In this document: one piece after another, positions 22,091-36,159 of the stretch
Position numbering within the stretch: position 1 is the stretch's first letter
Layout of the letters: every line of letters starts with the position of its first letter
Assembly (NCBI GenBank): GCA_002269645.1
Contig: NIVC01001691.1
Location: 13,534 to 77,533 of the forward strand
DNA length: 64,000 nucleotides
From: Macrostomum lignano
Taxonomy: Eukaryota
Direction: 5' to 3'
Notes under the pieces: model-generated
Told to the model about the DNA's origin: nothing
Database searches by the model: none
What the model saw: only the letters and a program-made list of their open reading frames with translations
Program-made: the position numbers and the translations under genes

Positions 22091-24837
22091 GCAACCACTA
22101 GATCACTTTCTCGATTAAAGTCTTGGCCCGTATGGATTTAGGCTATTAAAAATGTCTATCCCAAAATTGAGCGAAGTTTTCTCGCACCACAGTCTAGCTG
22201 TATAGATTAGCATGCGCACTGTACATCATGCCATCAGAACGGACGCCAAGATCTCATATGTTAGCATATAGTCACCTTAAGCCAGATAATTAAGGTGGCT
22301 GTGAAACAGTGTTCGGTCCCGTGTGAATTGAGGCAAGAAACAAACATTGGAGGCGAATATTGATAAGAAAATCGTCTCTGTCCCTAAAGCCCACCAACGT
22401 GGCGGTGTTATCTAATTGGTTAATCACAGACTCAAAAGTTGCGCGTCGCCCACTGGTGTTTTCTTTCGACTATAGCGGCTACGCTCCGGAGTAATCTATT
22501 TATCTGAGCTCGCATGTAATGCAACCCCAGGCCCCCACCCTAGAGACCATTGAGGAAGTCAATGCCGGCTAATATAGAAAACGTCGATACAACAACAACA
22601 AGAAGATATACCTGACTGACAAGATCTGCTGACACGCCCACTCGGGTCTGCTTACTAACAATACGGAATTCCACCTGTTTAATAATTAATAATTAAAGAA
22701 AGTGGAAGATTATGTTTAAATAACGCTGAAGTTGCAGGGGCCATGCAGTCTAATTCCGTTCACCGACAAAAGTCAGCTTTGCAGGGAGGGGGGGGGGGTT
22801 AAATTGATACCACCATGATATTAATGACGCTCAGTTCCGCGCATTCGGTTCGGACACAAAAATCGGACAGTTCGCAGTGAAGAATTGCCCGGATGTTGAT
22901 CGTTAATTCCCCTATCTGCCCTGCTGGCCCAGACAGATCTGAGCAGGCTTACAGTGAGAGTTGTCTTGCTTTGTGTTGGCAAGTTTATCTCTTTATCATT
23001 TCTCCCTTTCTGTGCGCGTGGTATTGCCCAGATTCTGCAAATATGCTGCTTTTTTCTGACTGCTTGTTGCTCTATAGCTTGTGTTTACAGATATGTGTGT
23101 GTTGGAAGTCTTTCTTGAGGTTGGTGTTTTAGTCTCCAAGAGGGCGGGATAGGGCCTCGATTCCTCTCGTGCATTCGCCGTCTGAAGAGGCGCCCCCACC
23201 CGTGTATAGGCGTTCAGGCGCTTGTTATGTAACTAAAACTTGTTAGGTCGAGTCGACTCTCTCTGCGATCCTTACTCTTGGCTTGCTTTGTCTTCTGCTT
23301 TTGTCAATTGTGAGCCTTCTGCTCTGCGGATGGTTGTTGGGAGATTTTTATTATACTAACCTGGGACTCGCGCTCCTTATTTTCCCCGCATTCTTGGAGC
23401 GAGACTGGGGAGTCTGGAGACCGAGATCCGGCATCATAGCAACTAAAACTTCTCCATCTTCGAGGATAAGAAGCCAGTATATTTGGAATGCGAAAAAATC
23501 TGCTGGAGAAATCTTCAGTGTTTTCCTGGAGAGTCGCTCTCCCTCCCGGAGCCGATCAAACACACCCGGGGCAGGGGATTAGGTTGGCAAGTTCCGCTGT
23601 AAGTTTCCTGCAGCAAATATTGAATCAAAAATACTGTCTGTGTACGAGAGTGATGAAGGGTCACGGCAACCGAAAGACTCCCCCGATTCCGCTTCCCCCT
23701 GTCTTCCCGTCTGCTTTGAAATCAGTCAACAAAGCGATGCAGCAAACAGATTCCTACAGAGCAACTATTATGAAAGTTGGGAAAAAAATAAGTTTCCCAA
23801 ATCCCCTGGACGGTGTGACAAGTGCGGGGCCCCTTCAGATTCCACATCCTGGCAGCATCCGCATGCGGCAGGTGCCGCTGTCTCCATCATCCAGCTCCAG
23901 CTTGCCCCCAATTCTAGCCGTGAAGAATTGAGCATTCTTATTGGAGATGACGCTAATGGGGATGTTTTTTAAATTCATCATCATCCGCTAATTGCATGTT
24001 TGACAAAGCCAAACTGCAGGCATTGGTTTTATTAGAGTTTTTCAGATATCCCCAAACAGCATGGCAAGCAGTGTTGGGAAGATTTTTCAGACTATAGGCG
24101 AACCCCCCCCCGACCCCCTGCTGAGACGCTAACTGCTCTGCTCATTAAGTTGCTGAGTCGCGCAAGTCTCCAAGAGCAGGCGCAGACGATGAAAAGCAAT
24201 GCTTTTGTGTTTAGTGATAGAGCAGCGGCGCAACAGACAGGGCCTCCTGCCGCCGCCGCCGCCGCATCAACAAAACGGCATCTTTTGTCCCGCCCACCTT
24301 CTCAGTCTCTGGCGTCTCAAACTCCTTCCTTCCTTCCTTCCTTCCTTCCGTCCGTAATTCCTCCTCCCGTTCTTTGTTCAAGAATTCCGCAATAAAAAAG
24401 GCCTTTTACTCTCCGCGTGTCTGTGGAACCGTCCTTGGCTAATTGCTTGCCAACAACTCAAGGCTTGGATAGTTTTTAAAGGCTGAGGTCTCAAGGTTAT
24501 CTCGCCCCGCCTCACAAAGGTGAGAGTTCTACGAGCCAAATGTCCACCAAGCGGTTTCGAGAGAGGGTTGAGCTCGAATCGGAGGAGGGTCCGGCGGTAA
24601 CATTCTTTTATCGACGCCTGGGGATCCCCTCGGGAGATCCACGTGGGAGACATTATTTAGGCAGATCTTGACCTCCCCGGGCAACGATTTCTCACGCGAC
24701 AGCCAGATGCTCCCGGCCAACCCCTCTGCATGGCCGACCGTTGCAGCGTGCTACCAAACTCTTATTATCGTGCTCTTGGCCTTGTTTTATTGTGCCCTGC
24801 TCAGCACACGCAATTCATGAACTGTGCTCGGATAGTA

Positions 24838-25257
24838 TCTGGCGCCTCCCTAATTCTGGCGCCTCCCTAATTCTGGCGCCTCCCTAATTCTTGTGCCTCC
24901 CTAATTCTGGCGCCTCCCTAATTCTTGTGCCTCCCTAATTCTGGCGCCTCCCTAACTCTGGCGCCTCCCTAATTCTGGCGCCTCCCTAACTCTGGCGCCT
25001 CCCTAATTCTGGCGCCTCCCTAACTCTGGCGCCTCCCTAACTCTGGCGCCTCCCTAACTCTGGCGCCTCCCTAACTCTGGCGCCTCCCTAACTCTGGCGC
25101 CTCCCTAACTCTGGCGCCTCCCTAACTCTGGCGCCTCCCTAACTCTGGCGCCTCCCTAACTCTGGCGCCTCCCTAACTCTGGCGCCTTCCTAACTCTGGC
25201 GCCTCCCTAACTCTGGCGCCTCCCTAACTCTGGCGCCTCCCTAACTCTGGCGCCTTC
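24838..25257. repeat. 17-bp minisatellite (CTCTGGCGCCTCCCTAA)
   Basis: About 25 copies. Confidence 0.95.
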
Positions 25258-26204
25258 TCATGCTTGCAGAAAAATTGTCCCATTTCTGACATAGAAACAC
25301 AACGCCCACACTGTCCAGCAGAGGAAAAACAATTGAGAACTCCCACTCACTCACTCAACCAGTTTGGGGGGTGGGGAGAAAACCTCAGCGGTAAAATGAG
25401 GGGCTCCAGCGACCCCCTCACACTGCCCCCCCCCCCGCAGACCCATGCGAGGCAGGGAGGGCAGCTGAAAGTTTCCTAGATTTTAGATTGCAGCTTGAGG
25501 CGGTGGAGGAGCCGGTTTTGTGAGTGGCTTCAAACACACAGCATGAGCTGGTGAGCTGGGAAATCACTTAGCTAGCTGCCTGCTGCCCACCGCTACCACC
25601 AGCAGCAGCAGCAGCTCCCCAGCTCCAAGAGGGCTATCACTTGCGAGCGCTGGGCCATTCCACTCATTGCTTTAACTAGCCATTACCATTATAGCTTCAA
25701 AACTAAAGACAGGCAGGCAACTCTCTTCTGCGCATTCTGAGGGAAGGGTGGGGAGAGAGTTTGCAGATCTGACAATAAGAGAATGCTATAAGCTTAGTCT
25801 GCAGTCAACCCCCATCTGAGAAAGAAAGACTGGGGGAGGGGGATCTCTGACTACAGGGACAGCTGTTTTATTTATGAGCTTGTTGGGTTTCTGTTGCACA
25901 TGTAGCAGCAGCAGCAGCAGCACAAGCAGATTGACTTGACTGGTCCCCTCCCCCATGAACTGGAGACTGCGCTGGCCTCGCTGCTGGGCTTCTAACAGAT
26001 TCTCAAATCCAACGGGTCCAATGCAGCTGTCCATTTTAGGGAATTAAGACCCGCTTGCTGCTGCTGCTCATCTCCGCCTCCTTGCCTTGTCTTCTGCATT
26101 TCCCCCACCATTGTGGCTTTCATACAGCATTCCGAGTTTTCACCCCGTCTGCTTCTCAGGTGCTTTACGAACCGGCTCGACACTGCTCTATTCGAATCTG
26201 CTTC

Positions 26205-26575
26205 TACCTGCTCTGCTTCTACTCGCTCTGCTTCTACCCACTCTGCTTCTACCCGCTCTGCTTCTACCCGCTCTGCTTCTACCCGCTCTGCTTCTACCCG
26301 CTCTGCTTCTACCCGCTCTGCTTCTACCCGCTCTGCTTCTACCCGCTCTGCTTCTACCCGCTCTGCTTCTACCCGCTCTGCTTCTACCCGCTCTGCTTCT
26401 ACCCGCTCTGCTTCTACCCGCTCTGCTTCTACCCGCTCTGCTTCTACCCGCTCTGCTTCTACCCGCTCTACTTCTACCCACTCTACTTCTTCCCGCTCTA
26501 CTTCTACCCACTCTACTTCTACCCACTCTACTTCTACCCACTCTTCTTCTACCCACTCTGCTTCCTTCATAGGCA
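26205..26575. repeat. 15-bp minisatellite (CTCTGCTTCTACCCG)
   Basis: About 24 copies. Confidence 0.95.
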
Positions 26576-27282
26576 CTCTACTATCTGCCATAAGCTACTA
26601 CATTCAATACTAGTTTTCACTCTATAAATGCTACAAGGAGCAGAAAAATGCACAAAGACTTTCTCACTAGATTCGAATCCTATGGTTGCATTCCAATAAC
26701 ACCCCAGTTGTCTCCCCAGCAACCGCATTGCAATATTCGTGCCTGCCCAATTCAAGACGGCTTATTAGGGAGTATTTTAGCTGAAAAAACTTCTGCTACT
26801 ATGAGCTATATTATTTTTGTGTTTATCCCAATGCGCTGCCGCAATGTAGCGGATTGAGAAGCGGCAAATTGAAGAAGAAGAAGAAGAAGTGAAAAGCAGT
26901 TTAACATCATCAATTCCCTTATTCGCCTGCGGGCCGGGGGTTGAGCTGCATGAATTATTAATGAGGCGGCCCCAATTTCTGCCTGCTAATTCAAAAACTG
27001 TTGCACGAGTTGAGAGTTTAGATGAGCCTACAAAACTGTCCGCCCCGCTCTAATCTTCATCAGCTTCACCGGCCCCGGGGCTTTGGGCAAGGAGCCGCGG
27101 CAGCTTCTCTGTGTTGTAGATTTTTGTAGCGTTGATGCAAAAACTTTCAATTTTTCGACTTTGGGGAGGAAGGGAGACCAGAACTTCCTTCACGAGTTCT
27201 TCGAGTCCTGATATGGGAATAATTATGTATTTGAGCAACTAAGCCTTATGAGGTCAATTCGTGATCGGCTGAGGGGCTAAGT

Positions 27283-27470
27283 TGTGTGAGGCGCCAAAAT
27301 GAGTGAGTTGTTTGAGGCGCCAAAATGAGTGAGTTGTTTGAGGCGCCAAAATGAGTGAGTTGTGTGAGGCGCCAAAATGACTTGTTTTAGGTGCCAAAAT
27401 GAGTGAGTTGTTTGAGGCGCCAAAATGAGTTGTTGCGGCGCTAAAATGAGACTTTGAGGCGCCAAAATGG
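27283..27470. repeat. ~26-bp minisatellite (GAGGCGCCAAAATGAGTGAGTTGTTT)
   Basis: About 8 copies; core shared with the MITE-internal repeat. Confidence 0.88.
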
Positions 27471-28144
27471 GGCGAAGCGTCACATTAAATAAACTCCGGC
27501 CTCAATTACACCTGCACTGCCTATTGGTCGTATCCTAAAATTAATATCGAGCTTCAGCTCAGCTTGGTATCCATGGCTTCAGCGTTTGGCTGATGTAGCT
27601 TCTTAAACCAGCCTCCTGTGCGCTTCTTTCCACTCTCACTCTCACCTTTGCCTATTAAGTGAATTGTGTTTGTGCAATAGAAAAAACCCTGGTTAACACA
27701 AGGAGCGGGGCGTGAAGTTAGCATTGCTTGACAGACGTTTGCTCTTAACAAACAAATTGAAGGCAACCAATCCACTTGCTTGAAGCAAGCAAGCGTTATA
27801 TCAACTTTACAGGCGTTTCGCTGGGTGTTTCACCTGTGTAGTAAACTGTCAAAGGTGTCACGCCAATCTCTGTCCAGTCCGCAATATCCCTGTTGTTGTT
27901 CGTTTTTTCTAATTCTACCCAGTGGAACTGACACAACAGGACTTTCTGACAAGTTTTTCTATTGCTTAACAAGTGGATTCTGACTGACAGCCATGCAGAA
28001 GCTGACTGTGTTGCGATGGACACAACTCGAGTGTTTCTGTAGCTCTTTTTTCGACTCGGGTGTGTTTAAATTGCCTTTTTTGAATAAATGGTAGCTAGCA
28101 GCAGCTGAGATGCTGGTTCTTGGCTAATGCTGAGTGCTGAAAAC

Positions 28145-28595
28145 TGGATTGCTAATCTAGCCAATATGGAAGGAATAGAATGGATTGCTAATCTAGCCAA
28201 TATGGAAGGAATACAATGGATTGCTAGTCTATCCAATATGGAAGGGATAGAATGGATTGCTAATCTAGCCAATATGGAAGGAATAGAATGGATTGCTAGT
28301 CTATCCAATATGGAAGGAATACAATGGATTGCTAGTCTATCCAATATGGAAGGGATATAATGGATTGCTAGTCTATCCAATATGGAATGAATATAATGGA
28401 TTGCTAGTCTATCCAATATGGAAGGGATAGAATGGATTGCTAATCTAGCCAATATGGAAGGAATACAATGGATTGCTAGTCTATCCAATATGGAAGGGAT
28501 ATAATGAATGGATTGCTAGTCTATCCAATATGGAAGGAATATAATGGATTGCTAATCTAGCCAATATGGAAGGAATATAATGGATTGCTAATCTA
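28145..28595. repeat. 36-bp minisatellite (TGGATTGCTAGTCTATCCAATATGGAAGGAATACAA)
   Basis: About 12 copies. Confidence 0.95.
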
Positions 28596-29374
28596 TATAA
28601 CATCATAAAGGAATAAAGTATGGATAAAGTAATAAATGGGATTGCTAATCTAACTGCATGTCGAGATCCCGACAAGATCCCAGCAGCATTACCAATTCCC
28701 ACACCCCTGCCGCCTTTCATTTCAACCCCCGCTGGGTTCTCCACCCAAAGAACTCTGAGGCCAAAAAAAGGAAAGCCGAGACTCCGGGCCAAAGAAAGAA
28801 GAAGCTGGGCGCATTGATGAAGCGCTAAAAGACAGCGGGTGTCCAAGAGGACGCCCTCACAAAGAATGCAGCATCCCCGTGTGGCTTGAGGTGTTAGAAA
28901 AACCTTGACACCCTCGCGGCTCCAGTGGCAGCGGCCAGAATTCATCCTCTGGAGGAACTTTAAGCGACTCGTACAGGTTTTTTGCCTCTTTCTCTGCATT
29001 GTCCTCTCCTCTATTCCACTTGCTTCTTTCCTTTGTTTCTTCGGCATTTTCTCTTCACTAATTTATTTCGCGCGAAGTTCAGCCTCTCCAGAAAGGCCGA
29101 CCATCGTTGAATGTCCATCTTTAGTATAGAACAAGCTGTTAAGAAGCCTATATTCAGCTATTGTTTAATTCTCTTGTGTGAGGAAATTTCTTGAGTGTGT
29201 TAAAAAAAGCAGAGCAGCTCACCTAGGAGAGTAGGGGGGGGGCGGCAGCGGTCCCGCCTCCCATGTAAATCACCGCGCCACAAACTGCTGGAGCGAGATG
29301 GTGCCGTCTGGTTTGGCATTTCGACTCTCAGAAATGCGACCTCATAGAGCGGGGAAATTATCTGCAATCAGAGG

Positions 29375-29812
29375 GCTTTAAACTGCAATCAGAGGGCTCT
29401 AAACTGCAATCAGATAGCGCTAAACTGCAATCAGATAGCGCTAAACTGCAATCAGATAGCGCTAAACTGCAATCAGATAGCGCTAAACTGCAATCAGATA
29501 GCGCTAAACTGCAATCAGATAGCGCTAAACTGCAATCAGATAGCGCTAAACTGCAATCAGAGGACTCTAAACTGCAATCAGAGGACTCTAAACTGCAATC
29601 AGAGGACTCTAAACTGCAATCAGATAGTGCTAAACTGCAATCAGATAGTGCTAAACTGCAATCAGATAGCGCTAAACTGCAATCAGAGGGCTCTAAACTG
29701 CAATCAGAGAGCTCCGAACTGCAATCAAATAGCGCTAAACTGCAATCAGAGGGCTCTGAACTGCAATCAGAGGGCTCTGAACTGCAATCAGAGGGCTCTG
29801 AATTGCAAACAG
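29375..29812. repeat. 21-bp minisatellite (CTAAACTGCAATCAGATAGCG)
   Basis: About 21 copies. Confidence 0.95.
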
Positions 29813-31584
29813 AGGGCTGCAAGCAGAAATTAGAGAGGCTAAAAATGCTTTGGAAGGCGCCCAAATAGGAGAAACTCAATGCGGGAAAGACAGCGAGTCC
29901 AAACGGAGCCAGATGAGTGTCCACCCTGAAGTGTGGACACTGTGTGCTCAGCTCTCGCATTCTGATTGACGAGCTCGTCAGTTGGAGGACCATCTGCCCG
30001 GCTTTCTAAAACCCTGCTGCTGAACCCTACCGTTAATTTTTTATCCCAACAAACTAGGGTGAAGATGAAATTCAAAGTAATTCGCCTGGTGTAGCGAAGT
30101 TTCTCCAACCCCCAACCCGAGCCGCAGAAATTTTAATCCCAGAATTGCTTAATCCTTCTTTGGGAATTTTCGTCCGCGGGATGAGAACTGGGAATAGTTC
30201 TCTTGACCCACTCGAGTCTTGAACAGCTTTTCCTCACTTCAATGAGATCCTTTCTACAATACGTTAGCTCTGACGGCTTCGTTTGCTAGTTTGCCGGGGG
30301 AATCCCTCGTTTCTATTTTTAGACTGCACTCCGCCTGCACGGATTTCCCTCTACGATGGGGCTGAATTATTGGTTGGGATTATAGGGTCGATAGGGAAAA
30401 AGGGATAAACTCGTAATCATAGCTGGGGCCGCCTTTCATCTATCCGGTTGCGATTTGAGCGAATACCCAAAAATTAACGAATATAATCAGCCCCACAAAG
30501 GCGGGCTAGCGTGCACCCTCGGGCTAACACATCCTCAATGAGAGGGGATTTCAGTTTTTTTGCACAAATCTCCCTTTTCCCCTCTTATTCTGTTGCTGAG
30601 GGCCAGTCCGGGGCTGAGAAATCGAGTTATCTGCAGACAGGCGGACGGGACTGCATGGTGAGCGGAGAGTCCACGGGCAGGGCTGGTCCGCGGCAGATTT
30701 AGCCCAGTGGCCAGTGCGGCAGAGACAACGTGAGGGAGAAGGCCCAAGGGACTGGAGTCACCTCAAGCCTTCCGCCAGCCTCGCTCCAAAACACCCCTCT
30801 CTGCCTCTGTCTCTGTCTCTCTCTCGAGGGAAATTCATTAGCTGATATAATCTCTGTGCTCTCGGAGTCTTTTGCAGAAATTGCCTCGCCATGATAAAGC
30901 GCGCGCGCGCGAGCGCTTGGTTTGCCCCTTTCTCTCTCCCTCTTCTAGGAGCAGCAGAAGCAAGCAACAGCAAACGAGAAGGCCCCCCCCCACATCTGCC
31001 CTCTTTTCCCGCTTTCCCGACTGTTCTACAAGCCTGTCCACTGATGATTGGCCACTGTGCCATTTATCACAAGAGACTGGGGAGCGAGAGATGAGGAGAC
31101 TGCGGCCCGTTGTCTCAGGTTCCCCGTGCTGTTTGACTGCGTTGCGAACTGTAGGAGATGGGGTTGTCGGTTGGGAACAAGGATGAAATAATTATGAAAT
31201 AATCCCAAATCCTTAATCTGCTATTTTTCAGAGAGAGAGAGTCTCCTGTAAAATCCCCTGGAGAGTATATATCGGCTTCTACCCCCCCCCCCGCGCGGAG
31301 TTGGGCGCGAATCACAACTATATACTGGGAAGAATTTCCCTGCCCGCCCTCAGACTCCCCTCTCCCGCATACGCAGCTCGGATTCATCTTTAATTCAGCA
31401 CCGACGCGAGGGTTCGCTCGGCGGATTTTTTAAACGGATTAAGCGGCCGCGCTGGTCCATCTGAGCTGCGGTGTCGCCTAAGCGATGATTTCCTGCCTGA
31501 CCGCCTCCCGCCATTGCCTGGCAGCTGCTGAGCTGCCTGTTCAGGGGCCGCTAAGCTGACTGAAACTGGGCGGCAGCAGTGAGC

Positions 31585-32050
31585 TGTCTCTCTGAGACTC
31601 CTGAGATTCTGAGACTTCTGAGGTTGAATGCGACTGAGACTCAGGTTTGATGAGACTGAGATTGAGTGAGACTGAGTTATTGAGTGAGACTGAGATTGAG
31701 AGCGACTGAGATTGAGAGAGATTGAAATTAAGTGAGATTGAGAGAGACTGAGATTGAGTGAAACTGAGATTGAGTGAGACTGAGATTGAGTGATACTGAG
31801 ATTGAGTGAAACTGAGACTGAGTGAGACTGAGATTGAGTGAAACTGAGACTGAGTGAGACTGAGATTGAGTGAGACTGAGACTGAGTGAGACTGAGATTG
31901 AGTGAGACTGAGATTGAGTGAGACTGAGATTGAGTGAGACTGAGATTGAGTGAAACTGAGACTGAGTGAGACTGAGACTGAGTGAGACTGAGATTGAGTG
32001 AGACTGAGATTGAGTGAGACTGAGATTGAGTGAGACTGAGACTGAGAATC
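31585..32050. repeat. 16-bp minisatellite (GAGTGAGACTGAGATT)
   Basis: Direct inspection. Confidence 0.92.
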
Positions 32051-33624
32051 AGAGGGAGATGGAGATGGAGACTAAGTCTTGGTTTCATAATGAGAGGACA
32101 CGAACTGAGAAGCAGTGTGATGTAGCCTGATTAATAGATTATAATAGATTATCTCAGCAGGTAGCTGATGGGATCGGCAAAAATTGTAATTATCCCAGCA
32201 TTTCAGAGACAAACAAACTCATACATATTGTAGTGGGACTTCACGAGTCCAAAGCCGGGAGTTAACAGCAAGTTTAACAATCATAAAGCCCCATCACCAC
32301 TCAGTGTCCGGGAGTCTGCACAAACACTATAGCCTAAAGCTATCAACGGGATACTTTATAATCCTTGCATCAGATAGTGGTTAGCAAGTTTGAACTCCCA
32401 GCCGTCACTGCTGTGTCCTGCCCGACAACACCTGTTGGAATGGCCTAAGCTATATTCCCCATCTACCTCTGAGCATTGCAGGAAGCGAAGTGCCATTAGA
32501 GGAGTGAAATAACTGCCCATGGGTATGCTCAAACAGATTCCCTGAGCTGAGACTGTGAGCAACTCTACTAAAAAACTGATGCAGACTCTCCATCCCGGAT
32601 CGCTCCAGTTTTCCATTTGGTTCATTCGCTGAGCTTATTTCATCAAATTTCATCAAAATTGTAAATTTTCCTCTTTCATGCGTGTGTATATGTATAACTT
32701 CACTCTCGCTCCGTCCCTCTCTTCAACTTTATTAATGGGAAAACCTTGACAAGGACTCCGCGTGAGACTTCCCCAGGTGCTAAACGCCCCAACTATACTC
32801 TCTTCTTGTCATTCACTCGCTCATGATCCCACAGTTTTCACCAATCTGATTATTACTAGAAATTCACTGGAAACTTTTCAAGACTTGGGGCGGAGCGGTC
32901 GAATTGAATTTTCGATATGGTTATTACGAGCTATAAGACCTCAGCTCAGGAGCTTCACTTTCGGACAGTATAATCTACCGTTGTTTTTAAGCTGGATCCG
33001 GGGGGGGAGCTTCATCAAGTCTGGCAACTTTTCTCTGCACTCGCAGTCAGGCGGGCACTGGCATAGAGAGTCTGGAAAGAGTTTTGCTTCATCCTGTTTA
33101 ATCCGCGGCGCGCAGTTCACTGGTTTCCAGCCTCTCTCTCTCTCCTCTCTGCCGCATCACCTCCCAGATCCCCCAAATCGACTTCTCAGCGGTTGGTGTC
33201 CAAGCCGCGAGCGGTATGAGGCGATCCCGTGGGGTTGCGGATGAGGCCATTAGCCTGCACCCGGATAAGTGGCCGCTAATCTGCTCGGATTACAAGGCCG
33301 CATGCATAATTCAGGGAATTTAACCGGGCCAGCAGCAATGAGCTTCGGGTGTACCGTTCTGCCGAATCTGGGGACTCGAAGTTTTCCGAGCTTTTTATCG
33401 AGTTATTGAAACTGGGGAATCTCCCAAACTGGCAGAGTGAGTTTGTGCTTTTGTGGCCCAGATGCGCTGCCTTCGATTTTGACTTCAATTTTTTATGTTC
33501 CTCGCCGCGAATGACTTTCGGGATTTGGTAGGATTTAAATTGATCCATTCGAAGGGGTTGGCTGAGTTCGAAGCAAATTTAAGTAGTTAAGTTGCAGACG
33601 TTGTAAAACTTATGCTAATGTCTA

Positions 33625-34566
33625 TCCAAGACTTGAGTTAATGAGTTAGCCAATACCTGAGCTAATGAGTTAGCCAAGACCTGAGCTAATGAGTTAGCCA
33701 AGACCTGAGCTAATGAGTTAGCCAAGACCTGAGCTAATGAGTTAGCCAAGACCTGAGCTAATGAGTTAGCCAAGACCTGAGCTAATGAGTTAGCCAAGAC
33801 CTGAGCTAATGAGTTAGCCAAGACCTGAGCTAATGAGTTAGCCAAGATTTTGAGCTAATGAGTTAGCCAAGACCTGAGCTAATGAGTTAGCCAAGATTTT
33901 GAGCTAATGAGTTAGCCAAGACCTGAGCTAATGAGTTAGCCAAGACCTGAGCTAATGAGTTAGCCAAGACCTGAGCTAATGAGTTAGCCAAGACCTGAGC
34001 TAATGAGTTAGCCAAGACCTGAGCTAATGAGTTAGCCAAGACCTGAGCTAATGAGTTAGCCAAGACCTGAGCTAATGAGTTAGCCAAGACCTGAGCTAAT
34101 GAGTTAGCCAAGACCTGAGCTAATGAGTTAGCCAAGACCTGAGCTAATGAGTTAGCCAGGACCTGAGCTAATGAGTTAGCCAAGACCTGAGCTAATAAGT
34201 TAGCCAAGACCTGAGCTAATGAGTTAGCCAGGACCTGAGCTAATAAGTTAGCCAAGACCTGAGCTAATGAGTTAGCCAAGACCTGAGCTAATAAGTTAGC
34301 CAAGACCTGAGCTAATGAGTTAGCCAAGACCTGAGCTAATGAGTTAGCCAAGACCTGAGCTAATGAGTTAGCCAAGACCTGAGCTAATGAGTTAGCCAAG
34401 ACCTGAGCTAATGAGTTAGCCAGGACCTGAGCTAATGAGTTAGCCAAGACCTGAGCTAATAAGTTAGCCAAGACCTGAGCTAATGAGTTAGCCAATACCT
34501 GAGCTAATGAGTTAGCCAAGACCTTAGCTAATGAGTTAGCCAATACCTGAGCTAATGAGTTAGCCA
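33625..34566. repeat. 24-bp minisatellite (GAGCTAATGAGTTAGCCAAGACCT)
   Basis: About 39 copies. Confidence 0.97.
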
Positions 34567-35466
34567 GTACTAGGTAAAATATACAATCAGGTTGCACATC
34601 GCAAATGAAAATTGAAAACGGCAGCCCGCAGCTCATACAAAAACTCATGCATACCCATATTGTCTGGTAAACTGTGCACTAAGAGCAGACCATCTTAGGC
34701 AAAAAGAATACCAAAGATAAAGTCAGTTGTTTTTTTAGATTTTGTAATTTTTATATTATTTTTTTAATCAACGCAGTCACATGTTTTAGTCTATTTATAT
34801 TTGTATTCAAGTGTGTGTGAGTACTTTGTGCAATTGCAGTCGAACTTTTATATATTATTCCCGGTATTAGTAGTAATAATAATATATAAATATATTATAC
34901 GATAACTTTTTGAGTGAATGAACACGACAGTTTCACAAAAACAAAACTTAGAATAGAGGATTCTGAACAGCAGAATTCATAATTATTCAACAATGTTTTG
35001 GGGGTGATGAAGAGTCTTCTTGTCCCTCGTAATATGAAAGGTGCACAGAATTAGCAAAATATGCAGCGCAAAAGAAGACACTCACAAAGAAACAAACAAA
35101 AAGTATTGAAAGCAAAAGGAAATATGTCAGTGGCGGAAATAATTCACGCAAAGGTGCAGCAGAACTCTGCAGGTGCTTCAGTGGCTCCTCCTGGATTGCA
35201 GTTACAATGGAGCCTGGGGCTGCACATGAAGTATCCGGTGAAAAAAAGCAAAACAAAAAAGCAAAACGAAAAAAGATTAATTTATGTAGAAATACATTTA
35301 GAGACAGCTATGCATAGAGCTTCAAGCGGACCTGCGCGGGCTTTCTAACATAAGTTGGTCAATAAATTGTCGCGAGGTCACCGCGAGCATCTGTTGCACT
35401 TGAGGGAGCAATTTCAATTTTTTGCCCATAAAAACTGATCAGTTCTTCCATAATTCTCTGCATGTT

Positions 35467-35472
35467 TTTATT
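35467..35472 (-). terminator. Candidate Gfi1 polyadenylation signal
   Basis: AATAAA on - strand about 260 nt downstream of the stop. Confidence 0.4.
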
Positions 35473-35731
35473 GATATCACCCACTATCAGCGCTACTCTA
35501 TAAGCTGAGTCTTTGCCCAGCTGGGTCCCATTGATTGCATAGAAGCTCTTTGTTCGCTCTCCATCCACCCGCGGGAGCTGTCAGCAGAGAGAAACTTAAT
35601 GAGACTTTATGCGGCCGCGTGAACATGAGGGGGGGGGGACTCATTGGGGCTGGCTACTCGCGCATGAATTCCAGCTTGGCTACAGTACATCTTATATACG
35701 CAGTTTCCAATGGATTGATTCAAGCCCATGC

Positions 35732-35853
35732 CTAAGCCATGGCTTCCATTGTTGTTGAACCGGCCATCGTCTCGGCGATGTTGCCAGCTGCTGCGGATTG
35801 GGCACCGCCTGAGCTGTCGCTTCTGCTTAGAATGCTGTCTACGGAGTATGACA

Positions 35854-35889
<36 letters not shown>

Positions 35890-36159
35890 TGCTGACCGTC
35901 GAGGAGGCGGGGATCAGTTGCATTGGCGACGGGCTGCGAGTGTCAAGGGAGCCGGCGGCAGCCACGGCAGTGGCAGCTGCGGCGGGACAGGCGTGCTGAG
36001 TCTCCGTGTGCCTGCGCAGGTCCACCTTGCGCTGGAAGCTGCGACCGCACTGGTTGCAGGTGAACGGCTTGTAGCCGGTGTGCTTCCGGCTGTGCGTGAT
36101 CAGATTGGACGACTGGCTGAAGGCCTTGCCGCACTGCACGCATTTGTAGGGCTTCTCAC
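35732..36159 (-). CDS. GFI1: Gfi1 exon 5 (zinc fingers 5-6 plus C-terminal extension)
   Basis: TTTTCTCAG acceptor; TAG stop at 35734-35732. Confidence 0.95.

Noticed and set aside
25992-34648. Repetitive ORFs (VEAER, WIANLANMEGI, SDCSLAL, ANSLAQVL and others)
   Set aside because: Each coincides exactly with a tandem array whose unit length is a multiple of 3.
12300-35400. Numerous CAGCTG E-boxes as proneural (Atonal/Achaete-scute) enhancers of Gfi1
   Set aside because: They are plausible biologically, but CAG-rich composition makes the hexamer common, and enrichment cannot be shown without computation.
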